Shown one piece after another: positions 52,299-61,683 of a stretch of 64,000 bases of DNA. The translations under genes and the position numbers were made by a program. The stretch is from IMG/VR virus record IMGVR_UViG_3300045988_111426; one strand, given 5' to 3'. Under the pieces are notes generated by a model, which was given only the letters and a program-made list of their open reading frames with translations, was not told the origin of the DNA and searched no databases. Each line of letters begins with the position of its first letter. The first letter of the stretch is position 1. The DNA is from a virus.

Positions 52299-52325
52299 TT
52301 TCTATTTATATTTCGTTATTTAACC
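52299..52325 (-). promoter_or_regulatory. two tandem late-promoter-like motifs (TATAAATAGAAA and GGTTAAATAACGAAA)
   Basis: 17-43 nt upstream of the sheath ATG at 52282. Confidence 0.45.
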
Positions 52326-52346
52326 ACTTTGTAGGCGGAAAAACGG

Positions 52347-52386
52347 AAGAGCCGATGATCTTTCTATCAATCAAGATCATCGGCTC
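52347..52386 (-). terminator. perfect 15-bp hairpin upstream of the sheath promoter
   Basis: agagccgatgatctt / aagatcatcggctct with a 10-nt loop. Confidence 0.6.
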
Positions 52387-52411
52387 TCACCTGCTTTGTG
52401 TTTCCAATTTT

Positions 52412-52672
52412 TCAATCGTTTACAACATTGTCATTGTTTATTTCCATGTTCCTCACAACAGTGTCCATCGCCACTGTCGAATCTGTATTCTGAACGTATA
52501 TCGTATCAACCAGAGTTATCGTGTCTTGTCCGCTTCTACTATCGTAAAAAGTTATGGATTTGGAAGATAAGAATGACATCACTGAAACTATCATAAACGT
52601 TATAAAGCAACTACACATGACGAACATTGTTGCATTGATAACTATCTGTCTAAACCAACGATTCCCTATCAT
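52412..52672 (-). CDS. small membrane protein
   Basis: 86 aa with hydrophobic 'VINATMFVMCSCFITFMIVSVMSFL'. Confidence 0.45.
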   Translation of the reverse strand: MIGNRWFRQIVINATMFVMCSCFITFMIVSVMSFLSSKSITFYDSRSGQDTITLVDTIYVQNTDSTVAMDTVVRNMEINNDNVVND

Positions 52673-52720
52673 TATTATTCTCGTGTTTTTGATTTATGTA
52701 CTTTTCGAGTTTTTCCGTGG

Positions 52721-52794
52721 TACTTTCCTTGCACTCGAAGACATCTTCTGTTGTTTTCATACCTTTGAGCATCTTCGACTGCAAGGAAAGTACT
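52721..52794 (-). terminator. 22-bp stem (one mismatch) inverted-repeat cassette after the tape-measure gene
   Basis: gtactttccttgcactcgaaga / tcttcgactgcaaggaaagtac. Contains promoter-like TTGCAG-N17-TATGAA (52757-52785) on the minus strand. Confidence 0.55.
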
Positions 52795-52816
52795 CTTCTT
52801 GTATCAAGAGGGCACT

Positions 52817-55800
52817 TTAGCCAATCTTGCCATTCACTCTCACCTTAGCATTACCATCCATAAACAGATCCTTAAGGTCAGAAAGTATCGATGCGACTGC
52901 GTTCTGTTGGACAGCACCATCCGAGTTTCTATAACCAAGAGCATCAAGGATCATACCCATCGACTGGATGATCTTATCAATCTGTCGAGTTCGGAGCTGT
53001 TCTGGAGTTTCCCCTGCTTTTCTATCGACCTTCATTGTTTCCTTGTTCGATTTCTCGATCTTGAAACCAGTGGATGATTGGTAACTTGCGAAAGATCCTC
53101 CCGAAGGCTTTGAAAGTGAAGGGAATGAGTATGCGGATCTCGATCTGTTCTGTTCGAACGAGTTCGCCTTGTCAATCACAGATTCTATCGACTTCCAATC
53201 TGCAGAGACATCCTTCATATCTTTACCGAACTTCGTGAGTATCTTCGTGAACTCAGAGAATGGCTTGATGAACTTCGAGAATGTGTCAACTTTGTGGGGC
53301 GTGAGGAACGAGAATCCTTCGTTGATCATCTGTAGTGTCTTCTTGAGTGTAGCACCCATTCTGAGTGACGAGATATCGGCATCTTTAATCGATGAGTAGT
53401 TTTTAATCGTGTTTACAAGCATATTCAACGGTTCATTGAACATCTTCACTGCATCAACACCCTTTTGAAGATCACTATCTGCTATCCCAAAGATTCCAGT
53501 TCCCTTATCGGCATCTTCTGCAAGAGACATGAACACTTGAGGTATCGTGGTAAGTATCCCTTCGATATTCTTCTGTATTGCCGTCCTCTCTTCATCCGAG
53601 ATCTTCGTTGTCTTCCACTTCACGACACCATCATAAAGAGGGATGAGTGCTTCGCCTATCCCCTTGACGTAGTCGATCCCTCTCTGGACTGTGGTCTTAA
53701 GGATCATCCCCATGAAACCAGTAGGAATCACATCCTTGTCCTGCTCACCGAATTGTGAGACAAGAGCAGGAAGAACACCCATGATTGTTTGGAGATTTGA
53801 AGTTATTCTTTCAACATCTGCCGACGTGAGTTTTGCGTCTCTCCATTTTCGGACACCATCTGCGAGACTGTTTATTGCATTGCCGAGGTCGCCTGTATAT
53901 TCAAGTCCTCGTTCAACTGATGACTTTTGGAACAATCCAAGGAAACCTGCGTTTATAACCTCATCCTTGTCAATCGCACCGAAGTCCGCAATCTTTCGGG
54001 GGAGAACACCAAGGATTGTTCTTATGTTCGTGTCGATCTGTTCCACATCAGAAGAAGAGAGCTTCATCTCTGCCCATTTCTTCACACCATCTGCAAGATC
54101 TCCAAGAGAATCCCCGAGTTTGGCGGTAAATCTTAGACCATTACGAACTTCACGAAGTGAGAAAGTCTGGCCATTGAGATATTCGAACTTTCTCTTCTCT
54201 TCTACATCTTTCTCTGACTTTCTGAGAATCCCCCAAAGATTCCACATGTCGTCGTCATCATCAAAAAATCTCCCCATTGGAGCGATCGATGCAGGGATGA
54301 TCCCAAGAATCGACTTGATATTATCCGCAATCTTCTGCCCATCCCCCTCGTCGATCTTCATCTCTGTCCACTTTCGGACACCATCTGCAAGATCGATCAT
54401 TGCCGAAGACATTCTACTTGCAGAGGTGATCGAACCTTGGATCTTGAACCAGTTCGTGTCGATGTCGTACATCTTCTTGATTGCATCGGGAGAAGTTGCA
54501 ATGATCACCGAGTGCATGATGTTCTTGAACATCTCCCCAATGTTGCGAGAAATGTCGATGAGCTTCGAAGTGTCTCCAAGCGAGGAGAACTTGACCATTG
54601 ATGTGGAGAATGTGTCGACGATACTTGCAACATCTCTCAAAGATCCAAGTCGGAAAGTGTCAAGGAAAGAAAGTTCAGAAAGTGCGTCGGAAGCTCCCTT
54701 CGCAAGAATCGTCATCGACTTTGAGAAGTTGGAGACATCATCGACTTGAACTTTGGATTTGCTTATACCTTCGAAGACCTTCGTAAATGGAAGAAGTGAT
54801 GCACCAACTGCACCAAGAGCGACAGATCCAAGAAGAATAAGAGGTGAAGCAATTCCGAACATGCTCATAGGAACAACAAGTTCCTTGATAAACTCTGGGA
54901 GGTGCTTTATCAGTGCATCACCGCTCTTTTCCATTGCTTCTCCGACCATCTTCAACGGAAGGGCAAAGGTGAGCAATGAAAGTCCAACGAGTGCCATAGC
55001 ACCTGCACCAAGAGCGATATAACCGAAGAACATACCTGCAACACCCCAAATTGTGGCAAGACCAGACGCAAGTCCCATGAAGATCAGTGCACCCTTCCAA
55101 CTCTTCATTGCAACCATAGATGAGAAAGCAATCGATGCACTGACAAGATAAACTGACAAGGACATCAGTGACATTGCAAGAGCACCTTTCGATATTGTCA
55201 CCCAAGATTTACCGATGAAGTGATAAACGACGGCAAGTGCCGAAAGTGATAAGGCAAGAATACCAACATTTACAAAGTCAATCCCTACCTGTGACACACC
55301 ATAAAGAGAAAGTGCACCAAGGACAAGGGAAGCGGACATGAAAGCGATTGCCTTTGCGCCAGAGACTATTCGTCTCGAGTTTCGAGAATTACCAAAGTAC
55401 ATGAACAATCTCGACATTCCGTACATTGTAGCACTGGTGATTGCCAGACCCCATACGAGCTGTCGAACATCGATCTGTCGCATTATGAGCGTCGTAAGTG
55501 CCATTGAACCTGCAAATGCGAGAACGGAAAGTCCCATCTTTGCAATCCCGACTGCACCTCGATTTAGTCCTTCTGCATTGTTCGCTATGAATTGTAGCTC
55601 TTTCCTCAAGAACTTGACGACAAACTTAAAGATCGTCATACCTGGTACAGCAAGAACAAGAAGCGGTGATGCAATGAAGATTCTCCACGCAAACTTACGG
55701 ATCCCAGTACCAATGCTCGAGAGCATGTCCCCAGTTGCCTTCATTTTCGAAGCATCACCATTCTTCATCACCTCCGAGAAGCTCTTGACAAATTCTCCAA

Positions 55801-56653
55801 GCGAGTTCATTATTCTTTGGATTCTTCTCTGTGAAGGCATCTTCGACTTTGACAGAGAATCCATGAAAGGTTTGAGGTGAACAGAGAAGACGGACATCGA
55901 TTCAGCAATCGCTTTTGTGTTTTCAATAGAAACATCCTTAAGGTCTTGCATGTTGAAGATCGATATCGCTTTCTTGATTGCTCTTATCTTTCTATCGGTA
56001 ATATTTCTCGAATCTATCTCCGCAACGCCACGAGTATAATCGACAACAAACATTGATGCTTTCGAGAAAGTGTCCAAAGACTGCTTGTCGAGTTTTTCAA
56101 CGGCATCTTTGATACCCTTCATCAGAACACTTATCGACTTATTGAATGTCGCTATATTCTTGACGTATCTCTTGTTTACACTTGTGTTGATAGAAGATAC
56201 GAAAAGGTTGATTGATTGGCTTATCTGATCAAGCGTTCTCATATCTGCACCAAGCTGTGCACCACCAACTGGGGGTGTTGCCGATATCTCTGCTTTCTGC
56301 TTTGCGATCAGTTGTATTCCCTTGTCTATGGAGAACATCGTATCCATGAACAAATGACCATTCAGTCCGAACACTTTGTCCATGAGAATAGCTTGTTGTT
56401 CAATATAGAACGAAATGGTCGCCATATCGGACATTGACGTAGGAGAAGTGATGGAAGCCATCTGAGGTACAGATTCCGAAAGCTTCTTCTCTTCTTCGAG
56501 TTTTTCCTTGTAAAGTTTTGCGACCTCTTCAAGATTCGTTGATATGCTTTGGACACCATCGAAGATACCGTTAATTTTCGAAGATGAGTTTCTCTGCAAA
56601 TCTAACGATTCACCGAAGATGTCGTAGAGTATGTTAAATTGTTCAATGTCCAT
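52817..56653 (-). CDS. tail tape-measure protein
   Basis: About 1278 aa. Central block of many hydrophobic segments and four internal 'LADGV(R/K)KW..K(L/I)..(S/D)..(I)..N(I)..I(L/M)G(V/I)(L/I)P' repeats. The track start at 56659 is TTG; an ATG lies at 56653. Confidence 0.65.
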   Translation of the reverse strand: MDIEQFNILYDIFGESLDLQRNSSSKINGIFDGVQSISTNLEEVAKLYKEKLEEEKKLSESVPQMASITSPTSMSDMATISFYIEQQAILMDKVFGLNGHLFMDTMFSIDKGIQLIAKQKAEISATPPVGGAQLGADMRTLDQISQSINLFVSSINTSVNKRYVKNIATFNKSISVLMKGIKDAVEKLDKQSLDTFSKASMFVVDYTRGVAEIDSRNITDRKIRAIKKAISIFNMQDLKDVSIENTKAIAESMSVFSVHLKPFMDSLSKSKMPSQRRIQRIMNSLGEFVKSFSEVMKNGDASKMKATGDMLSSIGTGIRKFAWRIFIASPLLVLAVPGMTIFKFVVKFLRKELQFIANNAEGLNRGAVGIAKMGLSVLAFAGSMALTTLIMRQIDVRQLVWGLAITSATMYGMSRLFMYFGNSRNSRRIVSGAKAIAFMSASLVLGALSLYGVSQVGIDFVNVGILALSLSALAVVYHFIGKSWVTISKGALAMSLMSLSVYLVSASIAFSSMVAMKSWKGALIFMGLASGLATIWGVAGMFFGYIALGAGAMALVGLSLLTFALPLKMVGEAMEKSGDALIKHLPEFIKELVVPMSMFGIASPLILLGSVALGAVGASLLPFTKVFEGISKSKVQVDDVSNFSKSMTILAKGASDALSELSFLDTFRLGSLRDVASIVDTFSTSMVKFSSLGDTSKLIDISRNIGEMFKNIMHSVIIATSPDAIKKMYDIDTNWFKIQGSITSASRMSSAMIDLADGVRKWTEMKIDEGDGQKIADNIKSILGIIPASIAPMGRFFDDDDDMWNLWGILRKSEKDVEEKRKFEYLNGQTFSLREVRNGLRFTAKLGDSLGDLADGVKKWAEMKLSSSDVEQIDTNIRTILGVLPRKIADFGAIDKDEVINAGFLGLFQKSSVERGLEYTGDLGNAINSLADGVRKWRDAKLTSADVERITSNLQTIMGVLPALVSQFGEQDKDVIPTGFMGMILKTTVQRGIDYVKGIGEALIPLYDGVVKWKTTKISDEERTAIQKNIEGILTTIPQVFMSLAEDADKGTGIFGIADSDLQKGVDAVKMFNEPLNMLVNTIKNYSSIKDADISSLRMGATLKKTLQMINEGFSFLTPHKVDTFSKFIKPFSEFTKILTKFGKDMKDVSADWKSIESVIDKANSFEQNRSRSAYSFPSLSKPSGGSFASYQSSTGFKIEKSNKETMKVDRKAGETPEQLRTRQIDKIIQSMGMILDALGYRNSDGAVQQNAVASILSDLKDLFMDGNAKVRVNGKIG

Positions 56654-56659
56654 ATACAA

Positions 56660-56718
56660 AATAGCCCCCTTGCGAGTCGGTAGAGATTCGACTTATTTAC
56701 CGATTCGAGGGGGCTATT
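56660..56718 (-). terminator. 11-bp outer stem with nested inner stem
   Basis: aatagccccct / agggggctatt enclosing agtcg..cgact. Confidence 0.45.
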
Positions 56719-56728
56719 CGAGGGATTT

Positions 56729-57136
56729 TTACATGTTCCTCTCGTACACTTTCAACTCATCATTTAGAGCATCGGGGAACATTTTGAATAGCATATCGAA
56801 GTCACGTCTGTCAAGTTCGTTATGCTTCATATAAAAATTGATAACTTCCGCATCGACTGTGATCTTCTTCTCTTTTTCTTTCTCGAGTTTCTTAGTCTTT
56901 GTGAAGAGGAATTGTGGCTTTGATTTGTACCTCCTTTTCATCACTTCTCTCCAAAAGTCTACCACACGAGCATAGTTGATCTGCTCAAGGTTCATTCTGG
57001 AAGTTTCATCAATGTACATGATCGACATGAATCTCTGAATCATAAAGTAGTGCGACCTTTTATCAGATTCAGAAATCTTCTCCCATTTTCCATCATCCCA
57101 CATCGAATCGATGAGATCAAACAGCTTTATTGCCAT
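56729..57136 (-). CDS. hypothetical protein (weak gp62-like clamp-loader pattern)
   Basis: 135 aa. 'DKRSHYFMIQRFMSIMY' and position next to RNase H. By eye only. Confidence 0.3.
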   Translation of the reverse strand: MAIKLFDLIDSMWDDGKWEKISESDKRSHYFMIQRFMSIMYIDETSRMNLEQINYARVVDFWREVMKRRYKSKPQFLFTKTKKLEKEKEKKITVDAEVINFYMKHNELDRRDFDMLFKMFPDALNDELKVYERNM

Positions 57137-58179
57137 ATGTCTTGAGAATCTATAAACTGATCAAACGTTCTATTGTTCTGTGTCTTCGTTAGCTCTCCTA
57201 TAACGTACAACTCGAGTGCATCATAGTAAGCGTCGTTATAACTCTTATATGAGAGTTCGACATATCTGCGATTGATGCCGATATTCTCGGAGATCTTCTC
57301 GGAATCAGCATAATCTGGGGACTTCTGCACCTCGTCGATTATGTGCTTTGGGAGATCTGCATCTTCGAAAACATCTTCAACGGTCATCTCACCATTTACC
57401 ACCTTCTCTTCATAATACTTCTCGAAGACTTTCGATGCACGGAGGTCAGTGAACGATACTTCAGATTTTCCCTTGAGATATTTGTAAACGGAAGGGATGT
57501 TGTCGGATTTATCCCCAGACAAGACCTTTACGAACAGTGCCTTCTCGGGGATGATCTTCTCGGATCTCTGTTCAATGATCGTTCTGTTACTATCTTCGAT
57601 CACGTTTTCAGAAATCCCTAAGAAGTCATCAAGCGTGGAGATTTCCTTCTTCTTTGTCCTCTGATCAATGTAGTGCATCATCTTCGACGAATCCATGTTG
57701 AACATTGCAATGAAGCTCGTTCCATTGAACTTCACGAGTTGTTTCATATCGGAATCCGCTGTACAGATGATCACTGATTCATCAGACTTGTAGATCAGAT
57801 TCGATGAAACATAGATGAGATCATCACCTTCTGCATGAGGATAGGAGAGAACACAATAGCCGTTATCTACGAGGAATCGTTTGAACTCTGAGATGAACTT
57901 GGAGAATCCTTGACGATCGAATCTTGGTGTTGATGTCTTTCGATTTGCCTTGTAATCATCGCCACGATCAAGCTCGTATCGCCACGACTTCTCCGTAGAA
58001 TCAAAGCAGAATACAAAGTTTGTCACCCTGCTGTACTTCTTGATGACGAAGTTTATCGATTGTAAGACAGCTTGACGGAGATCATCTCTGTCCTCTTGTG
58101 TAGACAAGAAAATCTCTGATGGGGATATTGCGAACGCTGTCCTATTCGCAATATAGTTCATATCAAAAACTATCTGCAT
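57127..58179 (-). CDS. rnh: RNase H / 5'-3' flap endonuclease (T4 rnh-like)
   Basis: 'YKANRK', 'EGDDLI', 'ICTADSDMKQLV' and 'LSGDKSDNIPSV'. Confidence 0.75.
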   Translation of the reverse strand: MQIVFDMNYIANRTAFAISPSEIFLSTQEDRDDLRQAVLQSINFVIKKYSRVTNFVFCFDSTEKSWRYELDRGDDYKANRKTSTPRFDRQGFSKFISEFKRFLVDNGYCVLSYPHAEGDDLIYVSSNLIYKSDESVIICTADSDMKQLVKFNGTSFIAMFNMDSSKMMHYIDQRTKKKEISTLDDFLGISENVIEDSNRTIIEQRSEKIIPEKALFVKVLSGDKSDNIPSVYKYLKGKSEVSFTDLRASKVFEKYYEEKVVNGEMTVEDVFEDADLPKHIIDEVQKSPDYADSEKISENIGINRRYVELSYKSYNDAYYDALELYVIGELTKTQNNRTFDQFIDSQDIWQ

Positions 58180-59375
58180 TATTCCGCTATTTTGTAGTTA
58201 TAAACTGGCTTTAAGACACCTTCCACATCAACAGTTTCTGCGAGCCATGGAAGAATATCTTCAAGTTTCTTATAAGCAGAAGGTGATTCATCTATCACAT
58301 CTTCGGAAAGTGACCATGTCTGTACGCCTTCCATAGATTCCCGAAGTTCCTCAAGCGTGAGCTTTTTCTTTGCTTCTGTCCTTGACATCACACGACCTGC
58401 TCCATGAGGTGCAGAATAGTTCCAATCTGGATTTCCAATCCCACGACCGATGATTATTCCGTCACGCATGTTGATAGGGATCACAACACGTTGATCTTTA
58501 TAAGCAGAACATGCACCCTTTCGAATAATTCCGTGGTTATCGATGTAGTTATGAACACAATGCTCGATTTGAGAACTCTCTATCTTTATACCGAGATGTT
58601 CACCTATGGACATTGCGATATACATGCGACTGAGGATAGCGAATTCGACAGCAACACCAATGTCGTGGAGATAGTCGTAAAGCAATGATTCATCGAGAAT
58701 ATCGGTTGACTGCCCGATTGCTCGCATTTCCTTTACACGTTCCTCGATCTTTGTATGAAGACCGTTCTTTTTCATTTCCACAATCATCTCCTTAATCTTT
58801 TCTGACTTCGCCTTCTTGATCATTTCGACGTTCTTGGACACATAGTACTTGTAGACATGGTTGCCAAGACGACGAGATCCACTATGAATGACGAGATAAA
58901 GATCACCTACCTCTGATTTGCCGATCTCTATGAAGTGATTACCACCTCCAAGAGTGCCCAGAGTATTGGTTATCTTCTGAAACTCGTCTTGATCCACACC
59001 GCATCGCAACGAAGATATCGTCATATTGCTCATCTTCATGAAATCGTATAGAAATCCACCAAATGGTGTGTTAGACTGTGTACCCTTCTTTGCGACTAAA
59101 TCAACAAAGTCGTTCAGATCCTTGTAGTTGATATCGATCTTCCCAAGCTTTACCAAGGTCATCCCACAGCCTATGTCATTTCCCACAAGATGAGGGTTGA
59201 CCTTTCCTTGGGATGTTGTAGATGTGAAGCCAATAACACATCCTTTCCCTGCATGGACATCTGGCATAATCCTCACACTTTCTGCGGAATATGGCTCTGT
59301 GGAAACTATTGAATCGATCTGCACCTTAGTCTTCGAATCTATAACAGATGCGAAAATCTTAATGTTTGCTTCCAT
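58179..59375 (-). CDS. rtcB: RtcB-family RNA 3'-phosphate ligase
   Basis: 'MPDVHAGKGCVIGFT', 'GGGNHFIEIG', 'HSGSRRLG' and 'SAPHGAGRVMSR'. Confidence 0.9.
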   Translation of the reverse strand: MEANIKIFASVIDSKTKVQIDSIVSTEPYSAESVRIMPDVHAGKGCVIGFTSTTSQGKVNPHLVGNDIGCGMTLVKLGKIDINYKDLNDFVDLVAKKGTQSNTPFGGFLYDFMKMSNMTISSLRCGVDQDEFQKITNTLGTLGGGNHFIEIGKSEVGDLYLVIHSGSRRLGNHVYKYYVSKNVEMIKKAKSEKIKEMIVEMKKNGLHTKIEERVKEMRAIGQSTDILDESLLYDYLHDIGVAVEFAILSRMYIAMSIGEHLGIKIESSQIEHCVHNYIDNHGIIRKGACSAYKDQRVVIPINMRDGIIIGRGIGNPDWNYSAPHGAGRVMSRTEAKKKLTLEELRESMEGVQTWSLSEDVIDESPSAYKKLEDILPWLAETVDVEGVLKPVYNYKIAE

Positions 59376-59400
59376 ATGTCGAATTCTTGTTAATGATTGA

Positions 59401-59439
59401 GGGGGTTATCCGTCTTTCTTATTCGTTCAGATAACCCCC
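59401..59439 (-). terminator. 10-bp G/C-rich hairpin
   Basis: gggggttatc / gataaccccc with a 19-nt loop. Confidence 0.5.
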
Positions 59440-59467
59440 AAATGATGATTTATGTTATGAATGACTA

Positions 59468-61258
59468 CTACTTGCGGTCTTCACATTCGTGGGAGTTACC
59501 TTCTGATGATTCGATATGATAAGTTCTCGATCTCAGTAGATCGCCATCGTTGTTATATTCAGAAGTCTTGCGTTCCATGTTTTCATAGTCGTATTCTGAG
59601 AGTTCTACAACGTTACCATTCTTATCGTGCTTCTTTGACTTGATAACACGACCTTCTTCGTCGTACATTTCCCAGATGCCGATAGGATTGTTCTTCTTGT
59701 CAGTGTTGCCACGTACCTTGAGCTTTCCGCTCATGTAGCGTTCTGTGTGAACGTTATCGATGAAGAATTCCACTGCCACACCATTCACGATATGACCGTA
59801 TTGTTCGAGCTTGCCTTGTTCGTTATAGACCTCGAAGATCTTCTCGGTGTCGCTGAGATAGTTCACCATCTCATCCTTCTTGCCATTTTCGTGGTAAGTG
59901 ATCCATTCTCCCGATTTCTTTCCGTTCGTGTAAGATCCGCTCTTGTAGACCTTACCATTTTCATAGTATTCGGTGTATTCACCACAGAGAGAACCATCGA
60001 CGTAGTTCGAGACACGCTTTACCTTGCCACTTTCGAAGTATTCGATTCTCTTCACCATCTGGTAGTTTTCGAAGAATGATTCCGACTTGATTGTGTCGAG
60101 TTCACCATTTTCGTAGTATCTCGTGACGACCCCCGAGGGAATCTGACGTTCAAGGATTGCTTCTGATTCGAGTTCACGCTTGATGATCTCCTTTACTCTG
60201 TTTCGCATTCTGAAGACACGAGACTTGACTGCACCGCTGGTTTCGAATCCGTATTTGTCACGGATCTGCTCGTGGGTGAGATCATTGAAGATAAAGTCGA
60301 TAAGGACTTCAGAGTTGGGACACTTTTCGAAGAGTTCACGGCAACGTTGAATCATTCGCTTGTTCTTTGCATCTTCTGGATCTTCATCGGGGTTGAAGAT
60401 GTCTTCTGCGCTGACGATTTCGATTTCTTCGTCGTCTTCCTTGACGGTGTTGCGCTTGTGGGCGATGTCGATCATTTCCTCGTTGTCGGTATCAGAGTTT
60501 GACGTGAGCTTTGACATAGGAATAACGATGTTGGTCTGCATTCTGTTGAATCTCATAAGTGAGAGATTCTTGGCAGAGACTGCAATATAACCACTGATGG
60601 GCTTGTCATCGGAGAACCATTCGTTGTCTTCTGACTTCGAAAAGTCACGGCTTTCGAGTTCATAGATCTCTTGATAGGTCAGACCGTCGTATGATTCCAT
60701 CTTGCGAGCATATGCTTCAGCATCTTTGGATTCGAGTTCTCGGATTCTTGCTTCAAGAACTTCGATTTCTGCCTTGAATTCCTCGATTTCTGCGAGTTCC
60801 TTCGAGAATGACTTCGTTGCCTTGAAGTCCGACATTGTCACCTTCTGCTCACGGTTTTCAATCAGTCTTTCGATCTCACGGATCTTCTTTTGGATATCTG
60901 CGACCTCCTTGTTTCGTACGTACTTCCGACGAGTTCTGAACATCTCGAACATGTCGATGACGACGTTGTGAGATTCATCCTCATCGTGGAGGATCAGCAA
61001 GGATTGCTCCATTGCCTGTGGATAGAAGATTGAGAAGAACTCAGAGAAGATGCAGTTGTCCTTGTCCCCAGTCATGAACAGTCTTCCCACAGATTGTTCA
61101 CGTACCCACTTCTGCATGGTGAACTTCTTGCGGTATGCAGGGGAGAGGGCGTTGTAGAGCTTGCGTTCCATGTCCTCTACGATGTGACGACGAACTTTGA
61201 TAATGAAAGCTCTGTTGATTTCCTTGCGAAGTCCTTCGGGTGTGATGTAAGTTGCCAT
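59468..61258 (-). CDS. sigma-factor region-4-like HTH protein fused to C-terminal MORN/YwqK-type repeats
   Basis: 'CPNSEVLIDFIFNDLTHEQIRDKYGFETSGAVKSRVFRMRNRVKEIIK' fits the sigma70 r4.1/4.2 pattern. It is followed by repeats of the 'YYENGE..', 'YFESGKVK..', 'YYENGKVYKSGSYTNGKKSGEW', 'YHENGKK' type. Confidence 0.55.
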   Translation of the reverse strand: MATYITPEGLRKEINRAFIIKVRRHIVEDMERKLYNALSPAYRKKFTMQKWVREQSVGRLFMTGDKDNCIFSEFFSIFYPQAMEQSLLILHDEDESHNVVIDMFEMFRTRRKYVRNKEVADIQKKIREIERLIENREQKVTMSDFKATKSFSKELAEIEEFKAEIEVLEARIRELESKDAEAYARKMESYDGLTYQEIYELESRDFSKSEDNEWFSDDKPISGYIAVSAKNLSLMRFNRMQTNIVIPMSKLTSNSDTDNEEMIDIAHKRNTVKEDDEEIEIVSAEDIFNPDEDPEDAKNKRMIQRCRELFEKCPNSEVLIDFIFNDLTHEQIRDKYGFETSGAVKSRVFRMRNRVKEIIKRELESEAILERQIPSGVVTRYYENGELDTIKSESFFENYQMVKRIEYFESGKVKRVSNYVDGSLCGEYTEYYENGKVYKSGSYTNGKKSGEWITYHENGKKDEMVNYLSDTEKIFEVYNEQGKLEQYGHIVNGVAVEFFIDNVHTERYMSGKLKVRGNTDKKNNPIGIWEMYDEEGRVIKSKKHDKNGNVVELSEYDYENMERKTSEYNNDGDLLRSRTYHIESSEGNSHECEDRK

Positions 61259-61305
61259 GATTCGTTGATCTTTTGATTAGGGGTTAATTATGCGTTGTCT
61301 ATTGA

Positions 61306-61626
61306 TTACTTGTTGTTGTTGTTGTTCTTGCCGTTTGCAGGATCTGTTGCTTCCACTACGATGTAGCACGTGGCGAGGAAGCCGATGATGAAGATCACTA
61401 CGCCAGATGCTCCACCGACGAAGTTGCCTACGAGACCCTTCACGATTTTGCCGAGTGGGAAGAATGATTCGAGGATGAGCATGGAGATGAACGTGATTGA
61501 CATCCACTTTCTGATGGTCTTCTTTGTCTTGAAGAATTCGTTCGTTGTGGAAGCTACCTTCTTGACTGACTTGATGATGATTTCCATTGCGATGTTGATG
61601 AAATCATTGAACTTGCGATTAGTCAT
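61306..61626 (-). CDS. two-TM membrane protein
   Basis: Start trimmed to the ATG at 61626, because the longer ORF runs through the promoter/repeat block. 'WMSITFISMLILESFF' and 'GVVIFIIGFLATCYIVV'. Poly-N tail. Confidence 0.5.
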   Translation of the reverse strand: MTNRKFNDFINIAMEIIIKSVKKVASTTNEFFKTKKTIRKWMSITFISMLILESFFPLGKIVKGLVGNFVGGASGVVIFIIGFLATCYIVVEATDPANGKNNNNNK

Positions 61627-61683
61627 GATCTTTGGATCTGATTGATTTGTTGAACTGATTTTTAGCTGTTGTGTGAAAATCTT

